From NCBI GenBank assembly GCA_964490105.1, contig CAZAZU010000003.1, forward strand, positions 245 through 64,244: a DNA stretch of 64,000 bases, written 5' to 3'. The translations under genes were made by a program, and so were the position numbers. Origin of the DNA: an uncultured Gammaproteobacteria bacterium (GTDB lineage Bacteria > Patescibacteriota > Microgenomatia > Levybacterales > UBA12049). Positions 18,750 to 27,350 of this stretch are shown one piece after another. Below the pieces are notes generated by a model that was given only the letters and a program-made list of their open reading frames with translations, was not told the origin of the DNA and searched no databases. Numbering within the stretch: position 1 is the first letter of the stretch; each line of letters begins with the position of its first letter.

Positions 18750-20351
18750 CTATCCTCCAAGAAGTTGACTGATGATTCTTCCTCGCTGTCTGTGTTTTGC
18801 ATCTAAGCTCATTGGGTCATGTTGAATAGCAGCGGCACCTTTAAGTCCTCCTCTAATTGCGCCACCAGCAGCTGCGGTAGGCTGGAAAACAGGGCCGTAA
18901 TTAACATTTGGAGCTTTAATAGCGCCTCTAGTAATTTGAAGTACGTGAGGTGTCATAAATAAGAATCCTAAAGCTATCACACCAGCAAATATTTGGCTGG
19001 AGTCCCCGGTTCCTCCACCTACAAGGGGCGGGATAAATAAGGTTCCAGTCTCGATTGTGTTTTGTGGATCTGATGCAATATCGCTGAATACTTTTCCTAA
19101 GATAAACATAGACATAGCAGTAGGGAATACGGCCAGATTAGCAAGCATATCCTTAAACCAGGGGCTTACGCCAGTGGAAGAGCCTGGGAACAGGCCAATT
19201 AAGATCCAGAACGGTGCAAAAACGATATCTAATAAGATGTTTATGTACGCAGTTATTAATATAATCCATAGGCGAATTGCAGTATAAATTAAAGCCAAAA
19301 ATATAATTAAAGCTGAGGCTAAGCCCACTATTAAGCCTACTACTGCAGTAAATAGATTACCTACAAAATCAAAAAGACCAGGTTCAAAATTTACGCTCCC
19401 GCGTCCGCTAGGAGATCCATTTAGAGCGTTCATAACTAAATTTCTCATTGTGTCAGATCCCTGAAGTGCTAATTCAGGAAATCCTCCCCCAAATCCCGCT
19501 CCTAAGTCATCGCTTGGGTCACCTGGCCAAAGTCTGTTAATTGCATCAAATGGGGTAGGGGATGTAGTTATTTGTCCTAAGTTGCCGATCTCATGTCCCG
19601 GAATGTTGGCTAGTACACCGCCAACTAGATATAAGGCTACGTACATAACATCTATCAGAAGTCCTGCTATTGCAAAAGAAAAAGTGACCAGTATTATTCC
19701 CGTAATAATTCTAGGAATCTGGTTTTCTATGGTCATTACTGTGCGGGGGTCAATATGAACACGGAACATGATAGCTAGACCAATTAATACAAAAATAATA
19801 ACGAAGAGTAAGTAGGCTATATTTCTCATAGCCACCCAGATCTCTAGAAGCGGTCTAATTCCGCAAAACCCTACTCCCTGTACTGCTCCGGCACACTCTC
19901 CTGCCCGCGGTTCTTGAGCGTATGTGTTTTTGGCTATACCGAAATTGCCGGCTAGGTAATTAATGTATTGACCTGAGCTTGTAGGAGGTGTAAATGTGGC
20001 GGCAATCAGTGTGCCCATTACGCCTAATGCCCCTCCGCCATTTTCTACGAAACCTATCCTCCCTGTTACAGGATCAACTCCTAAGCATCTATGATCTTGT
20101 CTAATTGGATCAAAACCGCCAAGCTGACAAACAGTTGCAGCCATAAGTTCAATTACTGTGCTTTGTACGTATGTGCGCTGGTCCTTTGGTACATCAGAAT
20201 TGAGGCCGGTGGTATTCTTTTCTGTTTTTATAATATCGCTATTTTTTACCTCCGTAGTTATAGATGCTTGCGCAAAAGAATTTTTAGTAAAAAGAAAGAA
20301 AAGTGAGCCTAAAAAGACAAATAAAATTAATACTCGGGCAGAGAGCTTCAT
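18750..20351 (-). CDS. Polytopic membrane protein; candidate VirB6/TrbL-like T4SS channel component
   Basis: Signal peptide, then at least six hydrophobic helices across 533 aa with a periplasmic loop after the signal. Lies near the VirB4 cluster. Assignment rests on topology alone. Confidence 0.4.
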   Translation of the reverse strand: MKLSARVLILFVFLGSLFFLFTKNSFAQASITTEVKNSDIIKTEKNTTGLNSDVPKDQRTYVQSTVIELMAATVCQLGGFDPIRQDHRCLGVDPVTGRIGFVENGGGALGVMGTLIAATFTPPTSSGQYINYLAGNFGIAKNTYAQEPRAGECAGAVQGVGFCGIRPLLEIWVAMRNIAYLLFVIIFVLIGLAIMFRVHIDPRTVMTIENQIPRIITGIILVTFSFAIAGLLIDVMYVALYLVGGVLANIPGHEIGNLGQITTSPTPFDAINRLWPGDPSDDLGAGFGGGFPELALQGSDTMRNLVMNALNGSPSGRGSVNFEPGLFDFVGNLFTAVVGLIVGLASALIIFLALIYTAIRLWIILITAYINILLDIVFAPFWILIGLFPGSSTGVSPWFKDMLANLAVFPTAMSMFILGKVFSDIASDPQNTIETGTLFIPPLVGGGTGDSSQIFAGVIALGFLFMTPHVLQITRGAIKAPNVNYGPVFQPTAAAGGAIRGGLKGAAAIQHDPMSLDAKHRQRGRIISQLLGG

Positions 20352-20401
20352 TAATTTAAGTTTGATCCATTTTCAAAAATATGTCAAGTTAAATTGAAGT
20401 G

Positions 20402-20488
20402 CGGAGAGGGCGAGATTCGAACTCGCGGTAGGCTTGCACCCACAGCTGTTTTCAAGACAGCCGCACTAGTCCACTATGCGACCTCTCC
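20402..20488 (-). tRNA. tRNA-Ser(UGA), class II
   Basis: Reverse complement GGAGAGGTCGCATAGTGGAC...GCTGTCTTGAAAACAGC...GGTTCGAATC. Anticodon loop CTTGAAA. Long variable arm. CCA not encoded. Confidence 0.8.
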
Positions 20489-20534
20489 GTGGTGAGTATT
20501 TTATCAGTTTTATTAGCTTGAGCCAAGGGAATAT

Positions 20535-22082
20535 TTATCTTCTTGGGGTGGTGCCTTCTAGGGTACCCTCTTTTATGGTTTTGCCAGTTTGATTTGTAGT
20601 AGTTATTACTGATGAAATGAGAGCAATTTTTAGGAAATCCAAGAGAATCCTTTTGCGTTTTTCTTTATTTATGGTGGCATAATGTAATCTTGCAGCTTCA
20701 TATCTAAGCCTAGCTTCTTTAAGTGCTTGTGGAGAGGCACCATTTTCTTGCAAATTTCTATATTCTGTTTTTGCTTCATCTCTAATCTCTTTCGCGCCAT
20801 CAGCCATACTTCTTAGAACTTTACTATATTCTGTTTTGGTATTTTTAGCTCGAGCTTTAGCTCTGGTAAAAATCCCTTTATAGGTTTTATCTCTTTTTGC
20901 AATTAAATCTTTTAGGGCTTTTCCGGCTTCAGCCAAAGCCTGTGGAGTTTCGCGCCCAGCATTAACGCTATCTTTAGCCTGGATAAAAGCTGCACTTATC
21001 ACTAAACCCTCTTCATTATTCATCGCATCCTCTAATGCCAATTGGGCTTTATATATTCTTTCATCTGATGCTTTTCCAGATGTTAGCTCGTCTAGGTTTG
21101 CTTTTGCCGGCGTAATAAGCGAAAACAAAGGTGGTTCTTCTTTTGCTTCTTCTGTTGCCGCAATAATTTCACTTACTAATTCCTCGTCCACTGTTTCCTC
21201 AGGTTCTTGCGCAGGTATATCAGTATCAGCTGGGGGCTCAACAGGAGCACTGGGTAATTCAGTGGCTGCTGAAGCCAGCTCTGGGTCAATTACCTCACCA
21301 TCCGTAGCCGCAGGGGTAGGCTCACTAGTTTCAATACTCGAAACGTTATTCCCTAAATGTCTCTCTGAAAGGGTTTCTCCGTTTTCCCCTTGGTACTTTC
21401 TTGTATCGTATACGCTCATTCCTATCCTAGGAGTTAAGCTAGCCTTTTTTACAACTATTGGTTTTCCATTCTCATAAACTACCAAATATAGATTGTTAGG
21501 GTTAGTCACGGATTCAAGATTTGCTATGGAGACCGCAGAGTCATCTGCTTGTCTTTCTACTATGTATGATTGGAGAGGGCTACCTTCGATTTGCACTGCT
21601 TCAAGAACTCGCTGAGCTTCTTCAGCGTTTAAGTCCATAAATACGGTAATTCCTTGTTTTTCATGTTGCTCACCTGTCTCTGTTTTAAATCTTGTTGTTT
21701 TTCCATCGGAATCATATGTATAAACTGAGCCATGGTCTGTGGTAAAAGATTTTATGCGCGATCCATTTTCAGCTCGAGGTGGCTCTGCGGACGTTACTTT
21801 AGGCTCCACTTTTCCATCTGGTTCTAGCTTTTTTGGAGTAGGGAGGCCTGCGGCATCAGCTAAGGCTGCATCAACTCTGGGAGGATTTGCAGTTAAATCT
21901 GCTTCAATAGTTCCGGCAAGCACATTATTAGCGGCTACAACACTTGCATCTGGTGGTTTTGGTACAGAGGGAGCAATAGGAGGCCTTGCTGCTTCTGAAG
22001 GTCTTGGTGTTCCATCTGGCATACTTGGTATTACGCTCATATGTTCTATCATAAGTCTAGATTTATAAGCTCTTTTTGTCAA
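20535..22082 (-). CDS. Hypothetical protein with Ala/Pro-rich N-terminal half and coiled-coil C-terminus
   Basis: 515 aa, compositionally GC-richer than its surroundings. No TM segment or signal peptide. Confidence 0.45.
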   Translation of the reverse strand: MTKRAYKSRLMIEHMSVIPSMPDGTPRPSEAARPPIAPSVPKPPDASVVAANNVLAGTIEADLTANPPRVDAALADAAGLPTPKKLEPDGKVEPKVTSAEPPRAENGSRIKSFTTDHGSVYTYDSDGKTTRFKTETGEQHEKQGITVFMDLNAEEAQRVLEAVQIEGSPLQSYIVERQADDSAVSIANLESVTNPNNLYLVVYENGKPIVVKKASLTPRIGMSVYDTRKYQGENGETLSERHLGNNVSSIETSEPTPAATDGEVIDPELASAATELPSAPVEPPADTDIPAQEPEETVDEELVSEIIAATEEAKEEPPLFSLITPAKANLDELTSGKASDERIYKAQLALEDAMNNEEGLVISAAFIQAKDSVNAGRETPQALAEAGKALKDLIAKRDKTYKGIFTRAKARAKNTKTEYSKVLRSMADGAKEIRDEAKTEYRNLQENGASPQALKEARLRYEAARLHYATINKEKRKRILLDFLKIALISSVITTTNQTGKTIKEGTLEGTTPRR

Positions 22083-22189
22083 TTTTACTGAACTTTGAAG
22101 TCCAGTATGAAAACTTAAAAATCTAAAAATGAGTTTATACTGAATGAAGCCGAACTACTTGATATTAACTTTACAGAAAATTTATAGAT

Positions 22190-22531
22190 TTAAGCTTGGG
22201 GATTTGAGGTAAGAGTTTTTGCAGTCTGGATTGCCTGATCAATTTGTCCCTGTTTTATCGAATCACGCATAGAATTTAGCGCTAAGTCTCTTTTCTCATC
22301 CGTCACTTTTTCAAGTTCTTCTAAGTACACTTCATTTGCCTCTTTATATTTTTGCCCCAAGCCTTTTAGCTTGTTAAGTAAATCTGCCTGATCTTTAATG
22401 GGTAGCGCTGCAAGAAAGTCTCTCGCAAGTTGCTGAGCTTCAGGCGCTTGGAGTTTGTTTTGCTTTAGATGTTCTACGATTAACTCAAGTAGTTCTTTTT
22501 TTACTAATTCAATTTCATCAGTAAGATTCAT
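22190..22531 (-). CDS. Hypothetical small helical protein
   Basis: 113-aa ORF. No recognisable motif. Confidence 0.35.
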   Translation of the reverse strand: MNLTDEIELVKKELLELIVEHLKQNKLQAPEAQQLARDFLAALPIKDQADLLNKLKGLGQKYKEANEVYLEELEKVTDEKRDLALNSMRDSIKQGQIDQAIQTAKTLTSNPQA

Positions 22532-22610
22532 AGTCCTATTATCTATACAAAAGTTTAAAAATCAAATAGCAAATATTGACGATAGTAAGAGGTTGAGTTA
22601 AAGTATAGGT

Positions 22611-23165
22611 ATGGATTCTGCCCCAGAAAACGATCAAGATCAAAGAACTAGCAATACGCTTCCTCAGGAGCATGACCACACTGTTAGAACCCTTATTTCT
22701 TGGTCTGCTCCCGGAAGGCCGTTTAAGCAGCGCGGTAAACAATTTTATACCACGGCCATCCTAATTGCTTTTTTTATCGAAGTAATTTTATTTCTCTTTT
22801 CTCAATATATGCTAATGTTTGTAGTGGCCTCATTAGTTTTTGTATCGTTTGCTTTCGCGTATGTTCCGCCAAAAAACTTTCACTATAAAATTTCAACTGA
22901 AGGATTTATGCTGGAAGACCATTTTTATATATGGCATGAGCTATACGATTTTTACTTTACTAAAAGAAATGGAGAAGATATCTTAAACATAAGAACAAAA
23001 AGTATTTTTCCGGGAATTTTGACCATTACATTAGGTGATATTTCTAAGGATCATGCTAAGGATGTTCTGGTTAGGTATTTACCTTATAGGGAATATATTA
23101 AACCGACATTTATGGAAAAATCGGGAGATTGGCTTTCTAAAAATTTTCCTCTGGAAAAAGTTTAA
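22611..23165 (+). CDS. Hypothetical membrane protein
   Basis: 184 aa. Two adjacent TM helices near residues 55-100. Confidence 0.4.
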   Translation: MDSAPENDQDQRTSNTLPQEHDHTVRTLISWSAPGRPFKQRGKQFYTTAILIAFFIEVILFLFSQYMLMFVVASLVFVSFAFAYVPPKNFHYKISTEGFMLEDHFYIWHELYDFYFTKRNGEDILNIRTKSIFPGILTITLGDISKDHAKDVLVRYLPYREYIKPTFMEKSGDWLSKNFPLEKV

Positions 23166-23166
23166 C

Positions 23167-23256
23167 TGGCGGAGAGTGGGAGATTCGAACTCCCGGTCGC
23201 CTTACGACGACATCCGCTTTCCAAGCGAACGCACTAGGCCACTATGCGAACTCTCC
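23167..23256 (-). tRNA. tRNA-Ser(GGA), class II, CCA encoded
   Basis: Reverse complement GGAGAGTTCGCATAGTGGCCTAGTGCGTTCGCTTGGAAAGCGGA...GAGTTCGAATCTC...GCCA. Anticodon loop TTGGAAA. Confidence 0.8.
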
Positions 23257-23284
23257 TCGCCTTGCTCGGAGTAAACTCCAGCAG

Positions 23285-23710
23285 TTATTTAATTAGTTTT
23301 TTTGCTTCTTCCCAGGCTTCTTTTTCGGATGCATAAGTTAATTTTTCCAAAACTTGATTATAATCTATCCAGGCAACTTCTTCCATCTCGTTATCATGAT
23401 CATTTGTGTCTCCGCCTTTAAATTTCATAATGAAATAGTAAACAGTTTTTTTAATTTTCTCATTATCCCAAACATAAAAATATGAAGTTGGTTTTATTTC
23501 AGTTTCAATTTCTCCGTCTATTCCTGTTTCTTCTTTAACTTCTCTTATTGCTGTTTCTTCTTTCGTCTGGTGTTTGTTATCTTCCTTGTCTCCAATTAAT
23601 CCTTTTGGAAAAACCCAGCCATGATGCTGGGAATGCTTAGCCATAAGAATAAGCGTATTATCGCCTTCTTTTTTGTAAACTATTCCGCCTGCTGAAAATT
23701 CAAATTTCAT
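23285..23710 (-). CDS. NUDIX hydrolase
   Basis: Nudix box GDKEDNKHQTKEETAIREVKEETGI. Start trimmed to MKFEFSAGG because the longer ORF-track start would overlap two tRNAs. Confidence 0.75.
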   Translation of the reverse strand: MKFEFSAGGIVYKKEGDNTLILMAKHSQHHGWVFPKGLIGDKEDNKHQTKEETAIREVKEETGIDGEIETEIKPTSYFYVWDNEKIKKTVYYFIMKFKGGDTNDHDNEMEEVAWIDYNQVLEKLTYASEKEAWEEAKKLIK

Positions 23711-23720
23711 AATTAAATCC

Positions 23721-23808
23721 TGGCGGAGGGTGCAGGATTTGAACCTGCGTAGGACTTGCATCCTCGAGTTTTCGAAACTCGTGCAATTGGCCGCTATGCG
23801 AACCCTCC
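23721..23808 (-). tRNA. tRNA-Ser(CGA), class II, CCA encoded
   Basis: Reverse complement GGAGGGTTCGCATAGCGGCC...CGAGTTTCGAAAACTCG...GGTTCAAATCC...GCCA. Anticodon loop TTCGAAA. Confidence 0.8.
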
Positions 23809-23812
23809 AATG

Positions 23813-23885
23813 CGCGCCTGGCGGGAATCGAACCCACAACCTCAAGATCCGCAATCTTGCGCTCTATCCGTTGAGCTACAAGCGC
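23813..23885 (-). tRNA. tRNA-Arg with apparent GCG anticodon
   Basis: Reverse complement GCGCTTGTAGCTCAACGGATAGAGCGCAAGATTGCGGATCTTGAGGTTGTGGGTTCGATTCCCGCCAGGCGCG. Anticodon stem CAAGA/TCTTG, loop TTGCGGA. Confidence 0.65.
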
Positions 23886-23924
23886 ATATGTGTATTTTAG
23901 TTGATTAAGTGAGGCTAAGCAAGC

Positions 23925-24893
23925 TTAGAGGCTTACGCATTTAGCGAGCGGAATGTATATTGTTTTGTTGAAAAACTTAATTGATCTGTAGCTTCGTGAG
24001 CACGTAAATCTTGGTCCTGAAAATATTACCTTAGGAGTAGGCAGAGGAGGTGTGGGAGAGACGCTTGGAGTTGGAGCCACTGTGATCGTAGGACTTGGTA
24101 CAGAGGTTGGGGCAATTGTCGCGCTTGGCATATTCGTCGGTGAAGGACTTATTGGTGTCATAGTTGGAGAAGGCGAAATGGTGGGAGTCAAGGTGACTGC
24201 AGGAGTTGCGCTAGGAGTTACAGATGGAGTTCCGAGTGGTTCAGTGGAAGACATACTGTTTTGTGGCTGAGGTGTGGCTCTTGAAACGAAATCTGATGAA
24301 TTATTATTAGTGTCTTCACTATTTCCCATAAATTCATCAGTTCCTCCTATTCCCATCGATGAGGCTGTCGAAGATGAATTAGCTTTTCTTTCAACGCTTG
24401 TTCCTCCTGCAGGTTCAGCTAAAGAAGTCCCTTCCCCAAAAGTCGTACCAGGATTTCCAATACTTACAGCATCAATTACTATTCCAGCTGCCAGCGAGCC
24501 ATCAATTATAGCCAAGCTATTATCATTAGCTATTGTTCCGCTCCCACTGCTATCACATAATAAAGAAGGATTAAGGCTGGTATTGCACCAAAGAAAAAAG
24601 CCACGCGCTGGAATAACATCATCTGAGGTGAAGGTAACGATATTGGCGCTAGTTGTTCCGCTGGTTCTTTTACCAAGTCTCATTCCATCAAGGCTTATGT
24701 CTAATTCTGTTGGGTTATAGATCTCTACAAAATCCTGCGTAGTCGTGCCGATACCAGCTCCACTAATCTGTATCTCGGAAATTACTAAATTGGTGGCTGT
24801 AGCAGCAGACACATTCTGGAATTTATTCAAAATAACTGCCGAAAAAAAGAGGATTAAGGATATACCCAAGAGTGAAGGCAGCGCTCTTCGCAT
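23925..24893 (-). CDS. Secreted lamin-tail-domain (LTD) protein with Pro/Thr/Ser-rich C-terminal region
   Basis: Signal peptide. LVISEIQISGAGIGTTTQDFVEIYNPTELDISLDGMRLGK fits the LTD consensus (INEI...DEFIELYN...L.GW.L). A PT-rich low-complexity tail follows. Confidence 0.55.
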   Translation of the reverse strand: MRRALPSLLGISLILFFSAVILNKFQNVSAATATNLVISEIQISGAGIGTTTQDFVEIYNPTELDISLDGMRLGKRTSGTTSANIVTFTSDDVIPARGFFLWCNTSLNPSLLCDSSGSGTIANDNSLAIIDGSLAAGIVIDAVSIGNPGTTFGEGTSLAEPAGGTSVERKANSSSTASSMGIGGTDEFMGNSEDTNNNSSDFVSRATPQPQNSMSSTEPLGTPSVTPSATPAVTLTPTISPSPTMTPISPSPTNMPSATIAPTSVPSPTITVAPTPSVSPTPPLPTPKVIFSGPRFTCSRSYRSIKFFNKTIYIPLAKCVSL

Positions 24894-24969
24894 ATTAATT
24901 TAGGTATAATCCCATTTTAATTATTAGTCAACTATTATTAAATGTATCAGTCTTATTGTTTTATCAAAG

Positions 24970-25054
24970 CGGAGGAGGAGAGATTCGAACTCTCGAAATC
25001 TTGCGATTTGGCGGTTTAGTAAACCGCTGCACTAGGCCACTATGCGACTCCTCC
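24970..25054 (-). tRNA. Class II tRNA (Ser-like) with apparent anticodon ACU
   Basis: Reverse complement GGAGGAGTCGCATAGTGGCCTAGTGCAGCGGTTTACTAAACCGC + 17-nt variable arm + GAGAGTTCGAATCTCTC + CTCCTCC. Canonical 5-bp stem GCGGT/ACCGC gives loop TTACTAA. Identity uncertain. Confidence 0.55.
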
Positions 25055-25064
25055 TTTAGCTACT

Positions 25065-25154
25065 TGGCGGAGGGTACAGGATTCGAACCTGCGTGAGTCT
25101 TACGACTCAGGGATTTAGCAAACCCCCGCAATGGACCAACTATGCGAACCCTCC
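25065..25154 (-). tRNA. tRNA-Ser(GCU), class II, CCA encoded
   Basis: Reverse complement GGAGGGTTCGCATAGTTGGTCCATTGCGGGGGTTTGCTAAATCCC...GGTTCGAATCC...GCCA. Anticodon loop TTGCTAA. Confidence 0.8.
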
Positions 25155-25178
25155 TTGGGGTAGGGGAATTATACCATT

Positions 25179-25742
25179 TTAAACTTCGTATTCGTAGATT
25201 TTTCCTCTCTCGTTCTCGTATGAGGCCATTTGAACATCTGTCATTTTTTCGAAGTGTTTTCTAAATGGTCTAATACTGTTTCCGCTAGCACAAATAAAAA
25301 TAATGTCATTTTGCCATACGTTTGCTAATACTTCATTTAGAAATTCCATTACTCTTTTCTCCACATCTTTTATGCTTTCGCCGTTTGGCGGAGGAGAGTC
25401 GTATCCACGGTGCCATGCGGGATATTCCTTGGGATAAAGTTCTTCGGTTTTTTTCTTACTTTTCCCAGTGAGATCTCCGTAATCTCTTTCGCGAATGCGA
25501 GGATCTGCAACAACCATAATTTCTTTACCTTTATGAGGCTCAAGAACAATATCTAGTGTATGCTTGCATCTAATTAAAGGTGAGGTAAAAGCTTTTGTGA
25601 CCTTTTTATCTTTTAGTGTATGAGCTATTTTTTTAGCTTCTTCAATTCCAGATTCTGTTAGATCTGGATCACGTTTTCCTGAAAATATCCCTTCTAGGTT
25701 GTCCGTGGTTTGTCCGTGTCTAAATAAAAATATTTTTGCCAT
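25179..25742 (-). CDS. Histidine phosphatase, phosphoglycerate mutase family
   Basis: N-terminal IFLFRHGQTTDN...SGKRDPDLTESG (RHG catalytic motif). Confidence 0.7.
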   Translation of the reverse strand: MAKIFLFRHGQTTDNLEGIFSGKRDPDLTESGIEEAKKIAHTLKDKKVTKAFTSPLIRCKHTLDIVLEPHKGKEIMVVADPRIRERDYGDLTGKSKKKTEELYPKEYPAWHRGYDSPPPNGESIKDVEKRVMEFLNEVLANVWQNDIIFICASGNSIRPFRKHFEKMTDVQMASYENERGKIYEYEV

Positions 25743-25760
25743 TTGTGTTTATATAATTAT

Positions 25761-26453
25761 ATGGGGCTACTAGATTTCATTTTCCCAAAATACTGTGTAA
25801 ATTGCAAAAAATTTGGAGATTACCTTTGTTCTAACTGTTTTTCTCGTCTTTCCTTTGATACTAAAAACATTTGTTTGGTCTGCGGTCGGCCTTCTTACAA
25901 CGGCTTGACTCATCCCATTTGCAAAAAGAGAAGCACCCCGGATGGGGTTTTTACGGGTGTAGTTTTTAATAAAATATCTAAAAAATTAATATATCAATTT
26001 AAATACAGGCCATATCTATCAGGATTATCTGTATTTATCGCTGATCTTTTATATGATTCGTTAATTCAAAATGAAGAATTTAATAGGATTTCAGGTTTGT
26101 CTTTGATTTTAGTTCCAATACCATTGAGTAAGGCCAAATATAAAAAAAGAGGATATAATCAGGCTGAAATTTTAGCAAAAGAGCTTGGGAAAAAATTAAA
26201 TCTTGAGGTTTTAGATTGTTTGGAGCGAACCAAAGAAACAGTTACCCAGGTGGGTCTTAGTAAGAACGAAAGAAAAGAAAATATAAAGGGGGCATTTGTT
26301 GTTAAGAAAAAGTATGAAGAAAGTTTAAAAAATATGAATATATTGATTATTGATGATGTTTTGACAACAGGAGCCACTATTTATGAAGCAACTATGGTCT
26401 TAAAGAAGTCAGGATCGAGTAAAATCTGGGGTGTTGCGTTTGCCAGGGAGTAA
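25761..26453 (+). CDS. comFC: ComF family protein (ComFC-like): zinc ribbon plus phosphoribosyltransferase domain
   Basis: CxxC...CxxC N-terminus (CVNCKK...CSNCF; CLVCGRP...HPIC). PRT signature ILIIDDVLTTGATIYEA. ATG at 25761 preferred over the track's TTG at 25743. Confidence 0.7.
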   Translation: MGLLDFIFPKYCVNCKKFGDYLCSNCFSRLSFDTKNICLVCGRPSYNGLTHPICKKRSTPDGVFTGVVFNKISKKLIYQFKYRPYLSGLSVFIADLLYDSLIQNEEFNRISGLSLILVPIPLSKAKYKKRGYNQAEILAKELGKKLNLEVLDCLERTKETVTQVGLSKNERKENIKGAFVVKKKYEESLKNMNILIIDDVLTTGATIYEATMVLKKSGSSKIWGVAFARE

Positions 26454-27312
26454 TAGCATCTCCATTTGCTCTTCTTCTTTCAGTAAGGAATTGAGGGTTA
26501 TATCTCATAAAATCAGGCATATGAGGTAATGCTTTTTTAATATCATCTGCGCGTCTTCTTGCGGTTTTTCTTTCTCCGGAAGTAATCTTTAAACCATATT
26601 GTCTCATTAGTTCAGGGTGCAGCATATCAAGCGCCTGAAGTCGCATAAAATTTTTGATTGCTCTTGGGACTGAGGCATGCTCTAATAAAATATAAGGTAT
26701 CAGGCTCATGGCGGCGTCACCTACTGCAAGCCTACCATCATAAATCATTCTCTCAAGATGATTTTGGATGCCATCATATGTTTCAGGTAAAGTTTTTGGT
26801 TTTAATCCCATTGGGGCAAAAACTCCTGAGACCGCGTCCTTAGTGTATTCATCCCTTTCAGAATCAGATAAAGGACCGACAAATCTTTGGTATCCTTCAA
26901 CTGAGCCGACAATTAATGTTCCCGCAACTACTCCTTGAGCTTCTTGAGTCATGGGGGAATAAGACTTGCCTTCCTGATGCGCACCAGTTGTGGTAGTTAG
27001 TTTGCGTCTAAAATCTGGATTTGCATGGACATTGTTTATGCGCGTTAATGCTTCTTCTGCTTCCGCATTGGTACCATGAATAATATCAAATCCAAGCGTT
27101 GCATTTAATCTTAGTCTTCCGAGCGTGTTTCTTTGAATTTCGCCAGTGTGAACCAAGAGTTCGCCTACTCGTGGATCCGCAGCTTGAGTAAGTAATGCGC
27201 TTTGACCGCCCAGAATTGGTGCAGCCTCGCTTGCTACTCTTATTAAAGCTCCTGAGGGATTAAACCTTAAATTATTTGGACCAGAGTTTGGTCCGTATTC
27301 AACTCTTGTCAT
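26392..27312 (-). CDS. Hypothetical protein. Start placed at MTRVEYGPN; the 3' end overlaps comFC convergently by 62 nt
   Basis: About 300-aa ORF with no secure motif. The longer track start at 27390 would run through a terminator hairpin. Confidence 0.4.
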   Translation of the reverse strand: MTRVEYGPNSGPNNLRFNPSGALIRVASEAAPILGGQSALLTQAADPRVGELLVHTGEIQRNTLGRLRLNATLGFDIIHGTNAEAEEALTRINNVHANPDFRRKLTTTTGAHQEGKSYSPMTQEAQGVVAGTLIVGSVEGYQRFVGPLSDSERDEYTKDAVSGVFAPMGLKPKTLPETYDGIQNHLERMIYDGRLAVGDAAMSLIPYILLEHASVPRAIKNFMRLQALDMLHPELMRQYGLKITSGERKTARRRADDIKKALPHMPDFMRYNPQFLTERRRANGDAITPWQTQHPRFYSILTSLRP

Positions 27313-27318
27313 TTTTAT

Positions 27319-27348
27319 TAAAAAACCCGCTACGAGCGGGTTTTTAAT
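27319..27348 (-). terminator. Rho-independent terminator downstream of tmRNA
   Basis: aaaaacccgc-tacg-agcgggttttt is a perfect 10-bp hairpin flanked by A/T runs. On the minus strand it sits 3 nt past the tmRNA 3' end. Confidence 0.6.
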
Positions 27349-27350
27349 TG

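Noticed and set aside
18750-20351. Calling this protein VirB6 with confidence
   Set aside because: Only topology supports it (signal peptide, polytopic). No sequence motif was recognised by eye. Left as a candidate at low confidence.
23285-23854. 189-aa version of the NUDIX ORF
   Set aside because: Its N-terminal 48 codons overlap tRNA-Ser(CGA) and tRNA-Arg. Trimmed to Met at 23710.
24052-24720. Plus-strand ORFs 24052-24270 and 24274-24720
   Set aside because: Antisense to the LTD protein's PT-rich region. Low-complexity artefacts.
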